The notes beneath the pieces were generated by a model. The model did not search any database, was not told where the DNA came from, and saw only the letters and a list, made by a program, of their open reading frames with translations. Of a stretch of 64,000 bases of DNA, positions 54,200-64,000 are shown piece by piece (position 1 is the stretch's first letter; every line of letters begins with the position of its first letter). Position numbers and translations under genes: made by a program. The stretch is from Candidatus Eiseniibacteriota bacterium (GTDB lineage: Bacteria > Eisenbacteria > RBG-16-71-46). The stretch spans positions 160,001-224,000 of the forward strand of contig JBGAML010000001.1 of the NCBI GenBank assembly GCA_044223005.1, in the 5' to 3' direction.

Positions 54200-55995
54200 G
54201 CGGCCTCCTTCTGCGAGCCGCCGAGCGCCATCAGCGACGCCTGGCGGACGGGTGCACGCTTGGACTGGGCGCCCCGCTCGAGCACCGCGCGCGACGCCGG
54301 CGTCCCGATGCGGGCGAGGATGCGGGCGATGTTGTGGCGGTGGAGCTCCTGCTCGCGATCGAACCAGTTGCCCTTGAACAGCTCGGCCTCGAGGTCCGGC
54401 ACGATCTCGTCGCCGCCGACGCTCGCGAGCGCGGCGTAGATGGCCCGGCGTTCCTCCGGCGGGCGCGTGGCGAACCGCTCCTGCTGCAGGAACGCGTAGA
54501 CGAAGCGCGCCGTCGCCGCATCGCGCGCGCCGGAGAGCTGCGACAGGATCTGGCAGAAGAGCCGCGTGTCCGCGCCCTCGATCGCGCGCACCAGCAGCGG
54601 CCGCGCCTGGCGCAGCTCCACCCGGGACAGCGACGCGACGACCTGCGCGCGCACCCGCGGGTCGGTGTGACGCAGCGCGGCCTGCAGCAGCGGCGCAACC
54701 TCGGCGCCGCCGATCCAGCCGAGGATGTGCACGATGTTGCGGACGACGTACCAGCGGCCGTCGGACAGCCATGGCGCGAGCCGTTCCGGGCGCTCCTTGC
54801 AGGTCTGCGCGATGGATTCCGCGAGGACACGGCGCACGTCGCGCTGCTGGCTCTCGGCGAGCACGAGCGTCATCCAGTCCACACCGGCGTCGCCGAGTTC
54901 GCCCGCCATCGCGAGGAACGCGCCGAGTCCCGTCGGGTCCTGCGCGTCCAGCCGCTCGACGACACGGGCGATCGAGACCGGCTGCAGGATTTCCTGCAGC
55001 AGCGTCTCCTCGCTCCACGTGCCGGCGCCGCGTTCGCGCAGCATGCGCAGCGCGTCGCGCGCGTCGAGCCAGGCGCCGACTCCGAGCGCCGCGCGCAGCA
55101 CGCGGGGCAGGAACAGCGTCATCTCGGCGCGGTCCTCGTCGTTGGCCTGCGCCGAGAGGCACGCCGAGGCGATCGCGAGCGCGGCGGCGACGGGCGACAC
55201 CAGGTGCTCCTCGGTGAACTCGCGCCGGAAGCGCGCGGTCTCGACGGCCGCGAGGGTATCGAGTTCGACGAAGCTCGCCTCGACCTCGACCGTGAGGTCG
55301 CCGAGCATCCAATCCTCCGACCGCCCGGGCGCCGGAATCGCGCCGGCCGGCGTATCCGGGGGCGCATCCGCCGTACCGGGGACGTCGAGTCCCGGCGTGG
55401 CGTTCGCCGCGTCGCCGGTCGCGGCGCTCTCGGGGCCCTCCGCACCGGGCCACGGCAGGAACGTGCCTTCGCCCGGAGGCGCGGGCGCGGCACCGGAGCC
55501 ACCGACGTCGCCCTCGGCGGGAATGAAGTCGATGTCGACGTGTCGGAGATCCGCTTCCCAGAGCAGCGTGACGAGGTCGTTCTCGTCGAGGTGCTGGCCG
55601 GTCACGGCGAGCACCGAGTCGAGCAGCGTCTCGACTTCGGACGAGGTGACGCCGGGGTGGAGCGTGATCGCGCGCACGCCGTCGCGATGGAACGGGTAGG
55701 CGAGGTTGTCGTCGCGCGAGCGGGCCGGGTAGAGCGAGACGCCGTCGCAGGTGACGTCGTTCGCGGCGAAGCGAACGGTCACGGAGCCGTGCTCCTGGAC
55801 GAGCCGCGCGGTCGCCTGCTGGAACTCGTCCCGGAACCGCAGCACGGCCGGGTTCATCGGGTCGTAGAGCCGGCAGGTCTTCAGGGTGCGCGCGAACTGG
55901 GCGACCCACGCCCCCGCCGCGCGGACCACCACGTCCGCAACGGTGCGTTCGGGAGTCGCATCGCCCGGTCGGGCCGTGCGCTCGCGGTTGTTCAT
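54196..55995 (-). CDS. HEAT-repeat protein
   Basis: WYVVRNIVHILGWIG, HTDPRVRAQVVASL, ILARIGTP; acidic/Pro linker. Confidence 0.82.
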   Translation of the reverse strand: MNNRERTARPGDATPERTVADVVVRAAGAWVAQFARTLKTCRLYDPMNPAVLRFRDEFQQATARLVQEHGSVTVRFAANDVTCDGVSLYPARSRDDNLAYPFHRDGVRAITLHPGVTSSEVETLLDSVLAVTGQHLDENDLVTLLWEADLRHVDIDFIPAEGDVGGSGAAPAPPGEGTFLPWPGAEGPESAATGDAANATPGLDVPGTADAPPDTPAGAIPAPGRSEDWMLGDLTVEVEASFVELDTLAAVETARFRREFTEEHLVSPVAAALAIASACLSAQANDEDRAEMTLFLPRVLRAALGVGAWLDARDALRMLRERGAGTWSEETLLQEILQPVSIARVVERLDAQDPTGLGAFLAMAGELGDAGVDWMTLVLAESQQRDVRRVLAESIAQTCKERPERLAPWLSDGRWYVVRNIVHILGWIGGAEVAPLLQAALRHTDPRVRAQVVASLSRVELRQARPLLVRAIEGADTRLFCQILSQLSGARDAATARFVYAFLQQERFATRPPEERRAIYAALASVGGDEIVPDLEAELFKGNWFDREQELHRHNIARILARIGTPASRAVLERGAQSKRAPVRQASLMALGGSQKEAA

Positions 55996-56272
55996 CGTCG
56001 GTTCAGGGCTCCTCGCCGTTCGAAGGTCGGGGCAAGTCCCCCACGGTATCGGCGCGGGAGGCCCCGCTCTTGAGCCCGTCGAGCGCCGCAACTGCATGCG
56101 GTCCCTCGCCGTAGCACTCGGAGCATGGCCGCTCGCGCACACCGCGCCCGGCGACCGCTGTGCCGCGCTGGGACGCGTGCGCTTGAACCCCGCGCGAACC
56201 GGCCAGCAGAGTGCCTCGTTCGCCACCCCGGGGGAGCTCCCGCTCCCCTTCCCCGACGGAGGATCTCCCGCC

Positions 56273-59200
56273 ATGACTCGCCTGCCGATCGCCGCAGCGC
56301 TCTTCGCGCTCGTGGCCGTCGTCGCACCTGCCGCCGCACTCGAGGAGTGCCGCCTGATGCGCATGCCCGACATCCAGGGCGACCGCATCGTCTTCGCCTA
56401 CGCCGGCGACCTCTGGACCGTCGCCCGCACGGGCGGCGCCGCCACGCGCATCACCACGCACGACGGCCAGGAGGTGTTCCCGAAGTTCTCGCCCGACGGC
56501 CGGACCATCGCGTTCACCGCGCAGTACGACGGCAACGCGGATGCGTACACGATTCCCGCCGAGGGCGGTGAGCCGAAGCGGCTCACGTACCACCCCGGCA
56601 ACGACGCCGTCGCCGAATGGTATCCGGACGGCCAGAGCATCCTCGTCCGCTCCGCGCGCGCGTCGTCGATCCAGCGCTACGACCGGTTCTTCAAGGTGCC
56701 GGCGGCCGGAGGCTTCGAACAGCTGCTCCCGTTGCCCACCGCGGGCTACTCCAGCCTGTCGGCGGACGCGAACCTGATCGCGTACGTCAGCCCGAGCTAC
56801 GACAACCGCACCTGGAAGCACTACCGCGGCGGCAACGCGCCCAACATCTGGGTGTACGATTTCGCGAAGAACTCCTCGGAGTGCATCACGAAGGACTGGG
56901 CCGGCCCGGACGAGTGGCCGATGTTCCACGGCCGCACGATCTACTACTGCTCGGACCGCGGCGGCAACCGCGCCAATCTCTGGGCGTACGACCTCGACAA
57001 GAAGACGCAGCGCCAGGTGACGCAGTTCACCGACTACGACGTGAAGTGGCCGAGCATCGGCGGTGACGCGATCGTGTTCGAGAACGGCGGCTGGCTGTGG
57101 GTGATGGACCTGCCGTCCGAGAAGGCGACGCGGCTGTCCGTCCTCGTGCCCGACGACAAGCCGGCGATGCGCGCGGAGTTCCGCAACGTCTCCGACCACC
57201 TGAACGGCCTCGACCTCTCGCCGTCCGCCAGGCGCGTGATCGCCGAGGCGCGGGGCGACCTGTTCAGCGTCCCGGCCGAGAAGGGCGAAGTGCGCAACCT
57301 GACGTCCACGCCCGGAGCGCGCGAGCGTGATCCCGCGTGGTCGCCCGACGGCAAGTGGATCGCGTACCTGAGCGACGCCACGGGCGAGTACCAGGTCTGG
57401 GTCGTGGGCGCCGACGGCAAGACCCCGGCACGGCAGGTCACGAAGGAAGGCGCGACGTTCCGGTATCCGCCACGCTGGTCGCCGGATTCGAAGAAGGTCG
57501 CGTTCTCGGACAAGACGAACCGCGTCTACGTCGCGGACATCGCGACCGGAGCGATCACGACGCTGTTCCACAACGACTACGGCGAGATCCGCGACTACAC
57601 GTGGTCGGGCGACTCGAAGTGGGTCGCGTTCTCCGCGACGAACGCGTCCGGGTTCTCGTCGATCCACCTCTGGTCGGCGGCGACGAACAGCCAGACGCAG
57701 GTGACCGACGGCCTCACGGACGACTTCTCGCCGGCGTTCGACCCGGACGGCCGCTGGCTGTTCTTCGTCTCGCGCCGCACCTTCAATCCCGAGTTCGGCG
57801 CGTTCGAGCTCGACATGCGCTACGGCGCGACGGACAAGGTGTACGCACTCGCGCTGCAGGACACGACGGCCTCGCCCGTCGCGCCGCAGAGCGACGAGGA
57901 GTCCGCGGACGACGCCGGCAAGGGCGGCGCGGACAAGGGTGACGGCGACAAGGGCGGCAAAGCGGGCAAGGGCGCGAAGGCGGCCGAGCCCGCGATGCGC
58001 GTCGATCTCGCCGGGCTGGGCCGCCGGGCGGCCGAGATCCCGGTCGATGCGGGCCGCTACACGATGCTGTCCGCGACGAAGGGCAAGGTCGTGTGGATGG
58101 CGCTGGACGACACGCCGGACGAGAACGGCCAGAGCCCGATGAGCCTGCACTTCTTCGATCTCGACAAGCGCGAGGACAAGACGGTGCTGTCGGGCATCGA
58201 TCCCTTCTACGCGCTCTCGCGCGACGGCGGGAAGGTGCTGTATCGCAAGGACGGTACCGTCGGGATCACCGACCTGGGCGAGGGCAAGAAGGTCGGCGAC
58301 GGCAAGGTCGACACCGGTTCGCTCATGGCGTTCGTGGATCCGAAGCTCGAGGCGAAGCAGATGTTCGACGAGGCGTGGCGGCTCGAGCGCGACTTCTACT
58401 ACGACCCGGGCATGGGCGGCCTCGACTGGAAGGCCGTCGGTGACCGTTACCGCCAGCTCGTGCCGTACGTCGGCCATCGCGCCGACCTCAACTACATCCT
58501 CGGCGAACTGATCGGCGAACTCGGCACGTCGCACACGTACGTGGGCGGCGGTGACCTGCCGAAGGTCGCGCGCACGAGCGTCGGCCTGCTCGGCGTGGAC
58601 TGGTCGCTCGACGCGGCGTCGGGCCGCTACCGCTTCCAGAAGGTCTATCGCGAGCGCGACTGGAACTCGGCCGTGCACGCGCCGCTCGGCGAGCCGGGCA
58701 TCGCGGTCAAGGACGGCGACTTCCTGCTCGCGGTGAACGGCCGTCCCGTACGCGCGCCCGAGAACGTGTACGCCGCCTTCACCGGCACGGCGGACCAGCT
58801 CACGTCGATCCAGGTGGGCTCGTCGGCGAACGACCCGAAGCCGCGCACGTTCGTCGTGAAGCCGATCGGCAGCGAGGCGACCCTGCGCTACGTCGACTGG
58901 GTCGCGGCGAACCGCGCGAAGGTCGATGCCGCGACGGGCGGCCGGATCGCGTACATCCACGTGCCCAACACCGCGATCCAGGGCATGCAGGAGTTCGCGA
59001 AGGGCTACTTCCCGCAGGTGGATCGCCAGGGCATCATCGTCGACGAGCGCTTCAACGGCGGCGGGTTCATCCCCGACTTCTTCGTCGAGCGGCTCGAGCG
59101 CAAGACCTGGGTCTACTGGTCGCAGCGCGACGGCAAGGGGATCCGCACACCGGGGCAGGCGATCGACGGTCCCAAGTGCATCCTCGCGAACGAGTACGCC

Positions 59201-59545
59201 GGCAGCGGCGGCGACGCGTTCCCGTTCTTCTTCCGCATGCGCGGCCTCGGCCCGGTGATCGGCAAGCGCACGTGGGGCGGCCTGGTCGGCATCAGCCACG
59301 ACCTGCCGCTCGTGGACGGTGGCGCGGTGACGATGCCGGACTTCGGCATGTACTCGACCAAGGGCGAGTGGCTGGTCGAGAACCACGGCGTGGACCCCGA
59401 CTTCGAGGTGGAGAACACGCCGGAGTCGATGATCAATGGCCACGACCTGCAGCTCGAACGGGCGATCCAGTACGAGCTCGACGAACTGGCGAAGAACCCG
59501 GTCGTGCGGCCCGATCACCCGCCGTACAAGGTGCAGGCGAAGTAG
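56273..59545 (+). CDS. Tricorn-type S41 protease, secreted
   Basis: Signal peptide; PD40-type repeats (FSPDG, WSPDG), ELGTSHTY, PDZ, DERFNGGG, AGSGGD, GKRTWGG, ENHGVDPD. Confidence 0.94.
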   Translation: MTRLPIAAALFALVAVVAPAAALEECRLMRMPDIQGDRIVFAYAGDLWTVARTGGAATRITTHDGQEVFPKFSPDGRTIAFTAQYDGNADAYTIPAEGGEPKRLTYHPGNDAVAEWYPDGQSILVRSARASSIQRYDRFFKVPAAGGFEQLLPLPTAGYSSLSADANLIAYVSPSYDNRTWKHYRGGNAPNIWVYDFAKNSSECITKDWAGPDEWPMFHGRTIYYCSDRGGNRANLWAYDLDKKTQRQVTQFTDYDVKWPSIGGDAIVFENGGWLWVMDLPSEKATRLSVLVPDDKPAMRAEFRNVSDHLNGLDLSPSARRVIAEARGDLFSVPAEKGEVRNLTSTPGARERDPAWSPDGKWIAYLSDATGEYQVWVVGADGKTPARQVTKEGATFRYPPRWSPDSKKVAFSDKTNRVYVADIATGAITTLFHNDYGEIRDYTWSGDSKWVAFSATNASGFSSIHLWSAATNSQTQVTDGLTDDFSPAFDPDGRWLFFVSRRTFNPEFGAFELDMRYGATDKVYALALQDTTASPVAPQSDEESADDAGKGGADKGDGDKGGKAGKGAKAAEPAMRVDLAGLGRRAAEIPVDAGRYTMLSATKGKVVWMALDDTPDENGQSPMSLHFFDLDKREDKTVLSGIDPFYALSRDGGKVLYRKDGTVGITDLGEGKKVGDGKVDTGSLMAFVDPKLEAKQMFDEAWRLERDFYYDPGMGGLDWKAVGDRYRQLVPYVGHRADLNYILGELIGELGTSHTYVGGGDLPKVARTSVGLLGVDWSLDAASGRYRFQKVYRERDWNSAVHAPLGEPGIAVKDGDFLLAVNGRPVRAPENVYAAFTGTADQLTSIQVGSSANDPKPRTFVVKPIGSEATLRYVDWVAANRAKVDAATGGRIAYIHVPNTAIQGMQEFAKGYFPQVDRQGIIVDERFNGGGFIPDFFVERLERKTWVYWSQRDGKGIRTPGQAIDGPKCILANEYAGSGGDAFPFFFRMRGLGPVIGKRTWGGLVGISHDLPLVDGGAVTMPDFGMYSTKGEWLVENHGVDPDFEVENTPESMINGHDLQLERAIQYELDELAKNPVVRPDHPPYKVQAK

Positions 59546-59564
59546 CGCGACCCGGCCGAACGCG

Positions 59565-59596
59565 CGGCGGGCCGCCCCGATCGGGGCGGCCCGCCG
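59565..59596. terminator. Perfect palindrome hairpin between convergent genes
   Basis: CGGCGGGCCGCCCCG-at-CGGGGCGGCCCGCCG followed by TTTCGTTT. Confidence 0.72.
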
Positions 59597-59618
59597 TTTC
59601 GTTTCCGTTCGCGTGCGC

Positions 59619-60467
59619 TCAGTGCTTCGGGGTGAACGCGGCGGTGAAGAACGCGTTGACGTCGAACCCCAGCCCCGCGCGCGCGCGCAGTCCGTCGGCG
59701 AGCGGCCCGCCATCGGTGTCCACGACGACGTCCGCGTACGCCCACAACACGCGCTGCACCGGGCGTGGCGCGGCCGGCGCGCGCGCGACCGGCTTGCCGG
59801 CGGGCGCGGGTGGAGCCGGAGGCGTCATGCCGATCAGCCGGCCCTGCAGCGAGACGTGCGCGTCCCAGCGCGAGAGGTTGGCGTCGTAGCCGAACGTGTC
59901 GTCGCGTCCCTTGCCGAACCCGATCGAGGAGCCGGCGAGCGCGCCGCTCGTGCGCACGAAGTCGAAGCGGAACTTCGAGTGCACGAGGAAGCCCTGGTCG
60001 TCGGTGCGGGTGAGCAGGTCGCCACCTTCCCAGCCGAGCCGTACGCCGACACCGCTGTTGCCCTTGAGGAACGCGTCGAGCGGCAGTTCCAGCGCGGCGC
60101 CGGCGGAGAAGTCGAGCACGCGGAAGCGCGCCACCTCCATGCCTTCGACCGCGGGCCCCAGGATGCGCGTCGAGGTGGCGAGCGCACCGGAGAGGTGCAG
60201 CGCCGGCTTGGGGCCCGTCTTGCCGACGGGCAAGTCGATCACGCGGAAGTCGAGCGCGACGCCGCCGTCGGGCGAGTTGCTGCTCGAGAGTCCCAGCGTG
60301 TCGGCGCCGAGCGAATGGAAGCGCTCGATGCCCCAGCCGCCCCATGCGGTGACGTCGAGGCGATCCGCTTCCTGCGCGTGGACGCACGCGGGAGCGAACG
60401 CGACGGCGAACGAAAACAACACGGCGAGCGGCGCCGCCCCTCGTGGGCGCGCGGGCGCTGGACGCAT
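59619..60467 (-). CDS. Exported hypothetical protein, possibly an outer-membrane beta-barrel
   Basis: Signal peptide ending VHA-Q; alternating hydrophobic strands. Confidence 0.6.
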   Translation of the reverse strand: MRPAPARPRGAAPLAVLFSFAVAFAPACVHAQEADRLDVTAWGGWGIERFHSLGADTLGLSSSNSPDGGVALDFRVIDLPVGKTGPKPALHLSGALATSTRILGPAVEGMEVARFRVLDFSAGAALELPLDAFLKGNSGVGVRLGWEGGDLLTRTDDQGFLVHSKFRFDFVRTSGALAGSSIGFGKGRDDTFGYDANLSRWDAHVSLQGRLIGMTPPAPPAPAGKPVARAPAAPRPVQRVLWAYADVVVDTDGGPLADGLRARAGLGFDVNAFFTAAFTPKH

Positions 60468-60583
60468 GACCCCTCCGACCGCGGCCGCGGACGGTGGCGC
60501 CGCGCCGCACGATCCGGGGAGCCGGACGGCTCCCCGCCGGAGTCATCGGCCGGAGCGCGGCCCGGCTGCAGCGCCCCGCGCGC

Positions 60584-63500
60584 TCACTCGGCGAGCAGGT
60601 AGGCCAGGTCGTCGCGAGTCAGCGCACGTGCGAACGCGTCCTCGCCCAGCACGTCCTTCGCCAGCCGGGCTTTGCGCGCCTGCAGCTCGGCGATGCGCTC
60701 CTCGACCGTGCCCTCCGTATAGAGCCGGTACGCGACCACGGCCTTCGTCTGGCCGATTCGGTGCGTGCGGTCGATCGCCTGTGCTTCCACGGCCGGGTTC
60801 CACCACGGATCGAACAGCACCACGTGGCTCGCGGCGGTGAGGTTGAGGCCCGTGCCGCCGGCCTTGAGCGAGACGAGGAAGACGCAGGGATCCGGCCGCT
60901 CGGTGAACTCGGTCACGACCGCCTCGCGTTCGCGCGTCGGCGTCTCGCCCGTGAGCACGTGGTACGGGATGCGCGCCTCGGCGAGCCGCGTCTCGATCAG
61001 TTCGAGCGCGCGCACGAACTGCGAGAAGACGAGCACCTTCTGGCCCTCGGCGAGCAGCGGCTCCAGCAGTTCGAAGAGCGCCTCGAGCTTGCCCGAGCCC
61101 GCACCCATGTCGCCGGTCACCAGCGCGGGATGGCAGCAGATCTGGCGCAGCCGCGTCAGCACCGCGAGCACGACCACGCGCTGGCGGCCGAGCCCGGCGT
61201 CCTCGCCGGCCAGCGCGGTGCCGATCTCGCGGCGCGCGTTCACGAGCTCGGCGAGGTAGAGCTTGCGCTGGCTCGGCGTCATCTCGCAGTCGAGGCGCTC
61301 CTCGATGCGCGTGGGCAAGTCGCGCTCGACCTGCTCCTTGAGCCGCCGCAGCAGCACCGGGCGAAGGCGCGCCGAGAGCAGCCGCCGCGCGTACGGCGGC
61401 GCGTCGGCGCGGTCGTAGCGTTCCACGAACCGTGCGCGCGGCCCGAGCAGCCCGGGGCACGCGAACGCGAGGATGCTCCAGAGATCGAGCGCACGGTTCT
61501 CGAGCGGCGTGCCGGTGAGCGCGATCCGGTGCCGTGCCGGCAGGTCGCGCGCGGCACGCGCCGCGGCCGCGTCCGGATTCTTGATGTTCTGCGCCTCGTC
61601 GAGGATCGCCGCGCGCAATGGGATCTCGCGCCAGTGCGCGATGTCACGTCGCAGCAGCGCATAGTTGGTGACCACCAGGTCGTAGTGCTCGACCTCGCGC
61701 AACTGCGTGAGCCGTTCGCGGCCACTGCCCAGCACGAGCACGCGCAGGTGCGGCGTGAAGCGTGCCGACTCGCGCGCCCAGTTGTGCGCGACCGAAGCCG
61801 GGCACACCACGAGCGACGGACCGCCGGAGGGCTCGCGCTCGTGCAGCCACGCGAGCCAGGCGAGCGCCTGCACGGTCTTGCCCAGGCCCATGTCGTCCGC
61901 GAGCACCGCGCCCAGGCCGAGCGACGACGTCCACGCGAGAAAGTCGAGCCCCTCGCGCTGGTACGGGCGCAGCGTCGCCGTCAGCCCGGCCGGCACCGCG
62001 ACGCGCGGCACACCCTCGAACGCGGCGAGCGACTCGCGGATGCGCGCGAGCGCCGCGAGCGTCTCGCCATCCGCGCCGGCGCGCGCGAGCGTCTCGAAGC
62101 TCTCGGCCCGCGCCTGCGCGAGCTGCCAGAGCGGGAGGCGCTGCTCGCGGCCGTCGGCCTCGAGCCCGAGGTCCGCGAGCGCGGCGGCGACGGCGTCGTG
62201 GTCCTCCGCCATGTCGCGGCGGACCCAGCCACCCGAGAGCCGCACGAACGGCGCGCGCGCGTTGCGCAGCGCGGCGAGGTCCTCCTCGGTGAGCGTGAGC
62301 CCCTCGGACTCCCACTCCGCGCGCACGGAGAGCCAGTCGATGCCCGAGGCCACGACCGACATGCGCGTGCGCACTCGGCGCACGTCCGCGAACAGGTCGC
62401 GCGCCGCGCGGTTGCCGAACCACGCGACGGAGAGCGGGCGCGTGCGCCAATGCGCGTCGAGCTTCTCGGCGGTGCGCGCGGTGAGCCGCAGCCACCAGCC
62501 GGTCGCCGCGTCGGGCTCGGGCGGCGCGCCACCGGGGCCGCGCCGGTCGCCGCGCACGGCGCCGATCGCTTCGAGCCACTCGAGCGCGCCGGCGACGCGC
62601 GCCGGGTCCGGCACCTCGCGCCATGGGGAGGCTTCCGGCGCGTCGGGTGCGGCGCCCGGATCGCCCGCGGGGGCTTCCCCGTCGTCCGCCGGCACGTCCG
62701 CGGCTCCGGCGGGCGCGAGCGAAAGGTTCTCGCCGGGCGTCGGCGCGTCGCCGGCGAGCCGCACCCAGCCGTCCTGCGGCGTGTGCTCGAACAGGATCGC
62801 GTCCGCGGGTTGCGGCAGGCCCGGGCGCCACGGCGTCTCGCCCGCATGCGCGAACACGCGCACGTGCAGCCAGTCGCTCGGGCGCAGATCGAGCGAGATC
62901 ACGGGCCGCGCCGCGTGCGTGCGCGTGAGCGAGCGCACGACGTCGGCGACGCCCGAAAAGCGCGCGGCGAGCCGGTCGAGCAGCGGCGCGTCCTCGCGGC
63001 GCAGCGGCACGCCGTGCAACTCGGCGATCATGCGCACGATGTCCGCCGGTGGCTCCTCCGAGACGCGATGGAATGCGCCGTCCTGCAGCACCACCGTGGG
63101 GTGCGTCGTCGAGAGGCCCGGCGCCGGGCTCCAGCGCATCGCCGCGTCGAACGGGCGCACGTGACCCGCGGCGTCCGCGAGCGCGAGCCCGAGCCGCAGG
63201 TCCTCACCCTCGGCTCGGCAGTCGAGCACGACGCGCAGGTCCTCGCCGTCGAGGCGCGCGCGCGCACCGGGCTCGACGCCGGCACGCGCGGCGAGATCGC
63301 GCGGCAGCGTCTCGCTCCACGCGACGAACGGCGAACCGGCGGCGCGGTCCAGCAGCAGGTTCAGTTGCTCGTTGTCGAGCGGCTGCGGCGCCGTGCCCCG
63401 TGCGAAGACCCCCTGCATCTCGTGCGCGACGAGCATGCGCAGCAGCCGGGCCTGCGGCGGAGAGAGCACGCGCGGGTCGCGCCGCAACTCACCCATCAGC

Positions 63501-64000
63501 TGCAGCAGCTGCGAACTGGTCCGCGGCTCGTCCGTGTGGCGGCCGCCGGAGAGCCGCACCTGCACCGTCACCGACACGCCGGCCGTCACGGGATCGCGCT
63601 CGAGCCCGAGCACCACGCGCAGCTGCCGCGTCCGCGACGCGTCGGCGCGCGCCCAGTCGGCGAGCCGCTCGACCACGTGGCGGCGCGTGCTCTCGGTGGC
63701 GCGCGATTCCAGGTCCGGGCGCTCGAGCCACGGCTGCAGTGGCCGCGGGACCCGGCCGCCCGGCGACGCGGCCGCCGCGCGCGCGAGACGCCAGCAGCGC
63801 AGGTCGGGATCGGGCTCGTGCAGGACCTCCTCGAGATCGAGCGCCGCGATCGCATCGTGCGTGAAGCCCGCGCGCCAGAGCAGCGCCTCCGCCGCGCCGA
63901 GTCGCTGCCACGTGGTGGCCGAATCTCGGAGTGCCCGCACGCGCGGATCGACCCGCTCGCCCGGTGCGGGCGTGCGCCGTTCCAACGAGCGGGGCAGCGG
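60584..64000 (-). CDS. SNF2-family helicase/ATPase (probably 5'-partial)
   Basis: LRPYQREG, LADDMGLGKT, DEAQNIKN, TGTPLEN, SLKAGGTGLNL, WWNPAVEAQAIDRTHRIGQ; frame is open to the window edge. Confidence 0.93.
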   Translation of the reverse strand, partial: PLPRSLERRTPAPGERVDPRVRALRDSATTWQRLGAAEALLWRAGFTHDAIAALDLEEVLHEPDPDLRCWRLARAAAASPGGRVPRPLQPWLERPDLESRATESTRRHVVERLADWARADASRTRQLRVVLGLERDPVTAGVSVTVQVRLSGGRHTDEPRTSSQLLQLMGELRRDPRVLSPPQARLLRMLVAHEMQGVFARGTAPQPLDNEQLNLLLDRAAGSPFVAWSETLPRDLAARAGVEPGARARLDGEDLRVVLDCRAEGEDLRLGLALADAAGHVRPFDAAMRWSPAPGLSTTHPTVVLQDGAFHRVSEEPPADIVRMIAELHGVPLRREDAPLLDRLAARFSGVADVVRSLTRTHAARPVISLDLRPSDWLHVRVFAHAGETPWRPGLPQPADAILFEHTPQDGWVRLAGDAPTPGENLSLAPAGAADVPADDGEAPAGDPGAAPDAPEASPWREVPDPARVAGALEWLEAIGAVRGDRRGPGGAPPEPDAATGWWLRLTARTAEKLDAHWRTRPLSVAWFGNRAARDLFADVRRVRTRMSVVASGIDWLSVRAEWESEGLTLTEEDLAALRNARAPFVRLSGGWVRRDMAEDHDAVAAALADLGLEADGREQRLPLWQLAQARAESFETLARAGADGETLAALARIRESLAAFEGVPRVAVPAGLTATLRPYQREGLDFLAWTSSLGLGAVLADDMGLGKTVQALAWLAWLHEREPSGGPSLVVCPASVAHNWARESARFTPHLRVLVLGSGRERLTQLREVEHYDLVVTNYALLRRDIAHWREIPLRAAILDEAQNIKNPDAAAARAARDLPARHRIALTGTPLENRALDLWSILAFACPGLLGPRARFVERYDRADAPPYARRLLSARLRPVLLRRLKEQVERDLPTRIEERLDCEMTPSQRKLYLAELVNARREIGTALAGEDAGLGRQRVVVLAVLTRLRQICCHPALVTGDMGAGSGKLEALFELLEPLLAEGQKVLVFSQFVRALELIETRLAEARIPYHVLTGETPTREREAVVTEFTERPDPCVFLVSLKAGGTGLNLTAASHVVLFDPWWNPAVEAQAIDRTHRIGQTKAVVAYRLYTEGTVEERIAELQARKARLAKDVLGEDAFARALTRDDLAYLLAE

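Noticed and set aside
52760..55909. 1049-aa HD-GYP ORF
   Set aside because: Its N-terminal half is an off-frame overlap of the HEAT gene; the real start is the GTG at 54199.
60584..64000. SNF2 helicase as part of an anti-phage system
   Set aside because: No nuclease, methylase or other defence gene is visible; upstream context lies outside the window.

Overview
Very GC-rich bacterial chromosomal segment with about 53 tightly packed protein genes. I saw no rRNA, tRNA, CRISPR array, transposase, integrase or phage genes. Most long ORFs in the track are high-GC shadow frames, so I reassigned many starts. Secreted proteins ending in FlgD-Ig-like domains or a TWGxLKxxYR tail suggest an FCB-related candidate phylum such as Ca. 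Eisenbacteria (inference). Content: ETF-QO, queG, GH53, moaD-GNAT-moaE, tryptophanase, an oxidative-stress group (Fe/Mn SOD, Bcp, LON-domain protein, AhpD-like), ispH, MprF-like synthase, S8 and tricorn S41 proteases, an acyl-CoA catabolic cluster with BioY and AtuA, GGDEF and HD-GYP signalling, a TonB-receptor/secreted-protein locus beside a NarL-type two-component system, an SPFH-RHH operon and a 5'-partial SNF2 helicase. Most notable: (1) a ~250-nt promoter-to-terminator non-coding unit at ~9978-10225 that folds by hand into a multi-stem RNA with a 9-11 bp pseudoknot; (2) an apparently circularly permuted cupredoxin lipoprotein; (3) a candidate C-terminal TWGxLKxxYR sorting signal; (4) a coupled HEAT-repeat/HD-GYP pair sharing an unnamed N-terminal domain; (5) a LigB-fold protein lacking its conserved histidines; (6) a 24-bp operator-like palindrome before the SPFH-RHH operon; (7) many apparently leaderless promoters. 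All calls come from reading the sequence; no searches were run.
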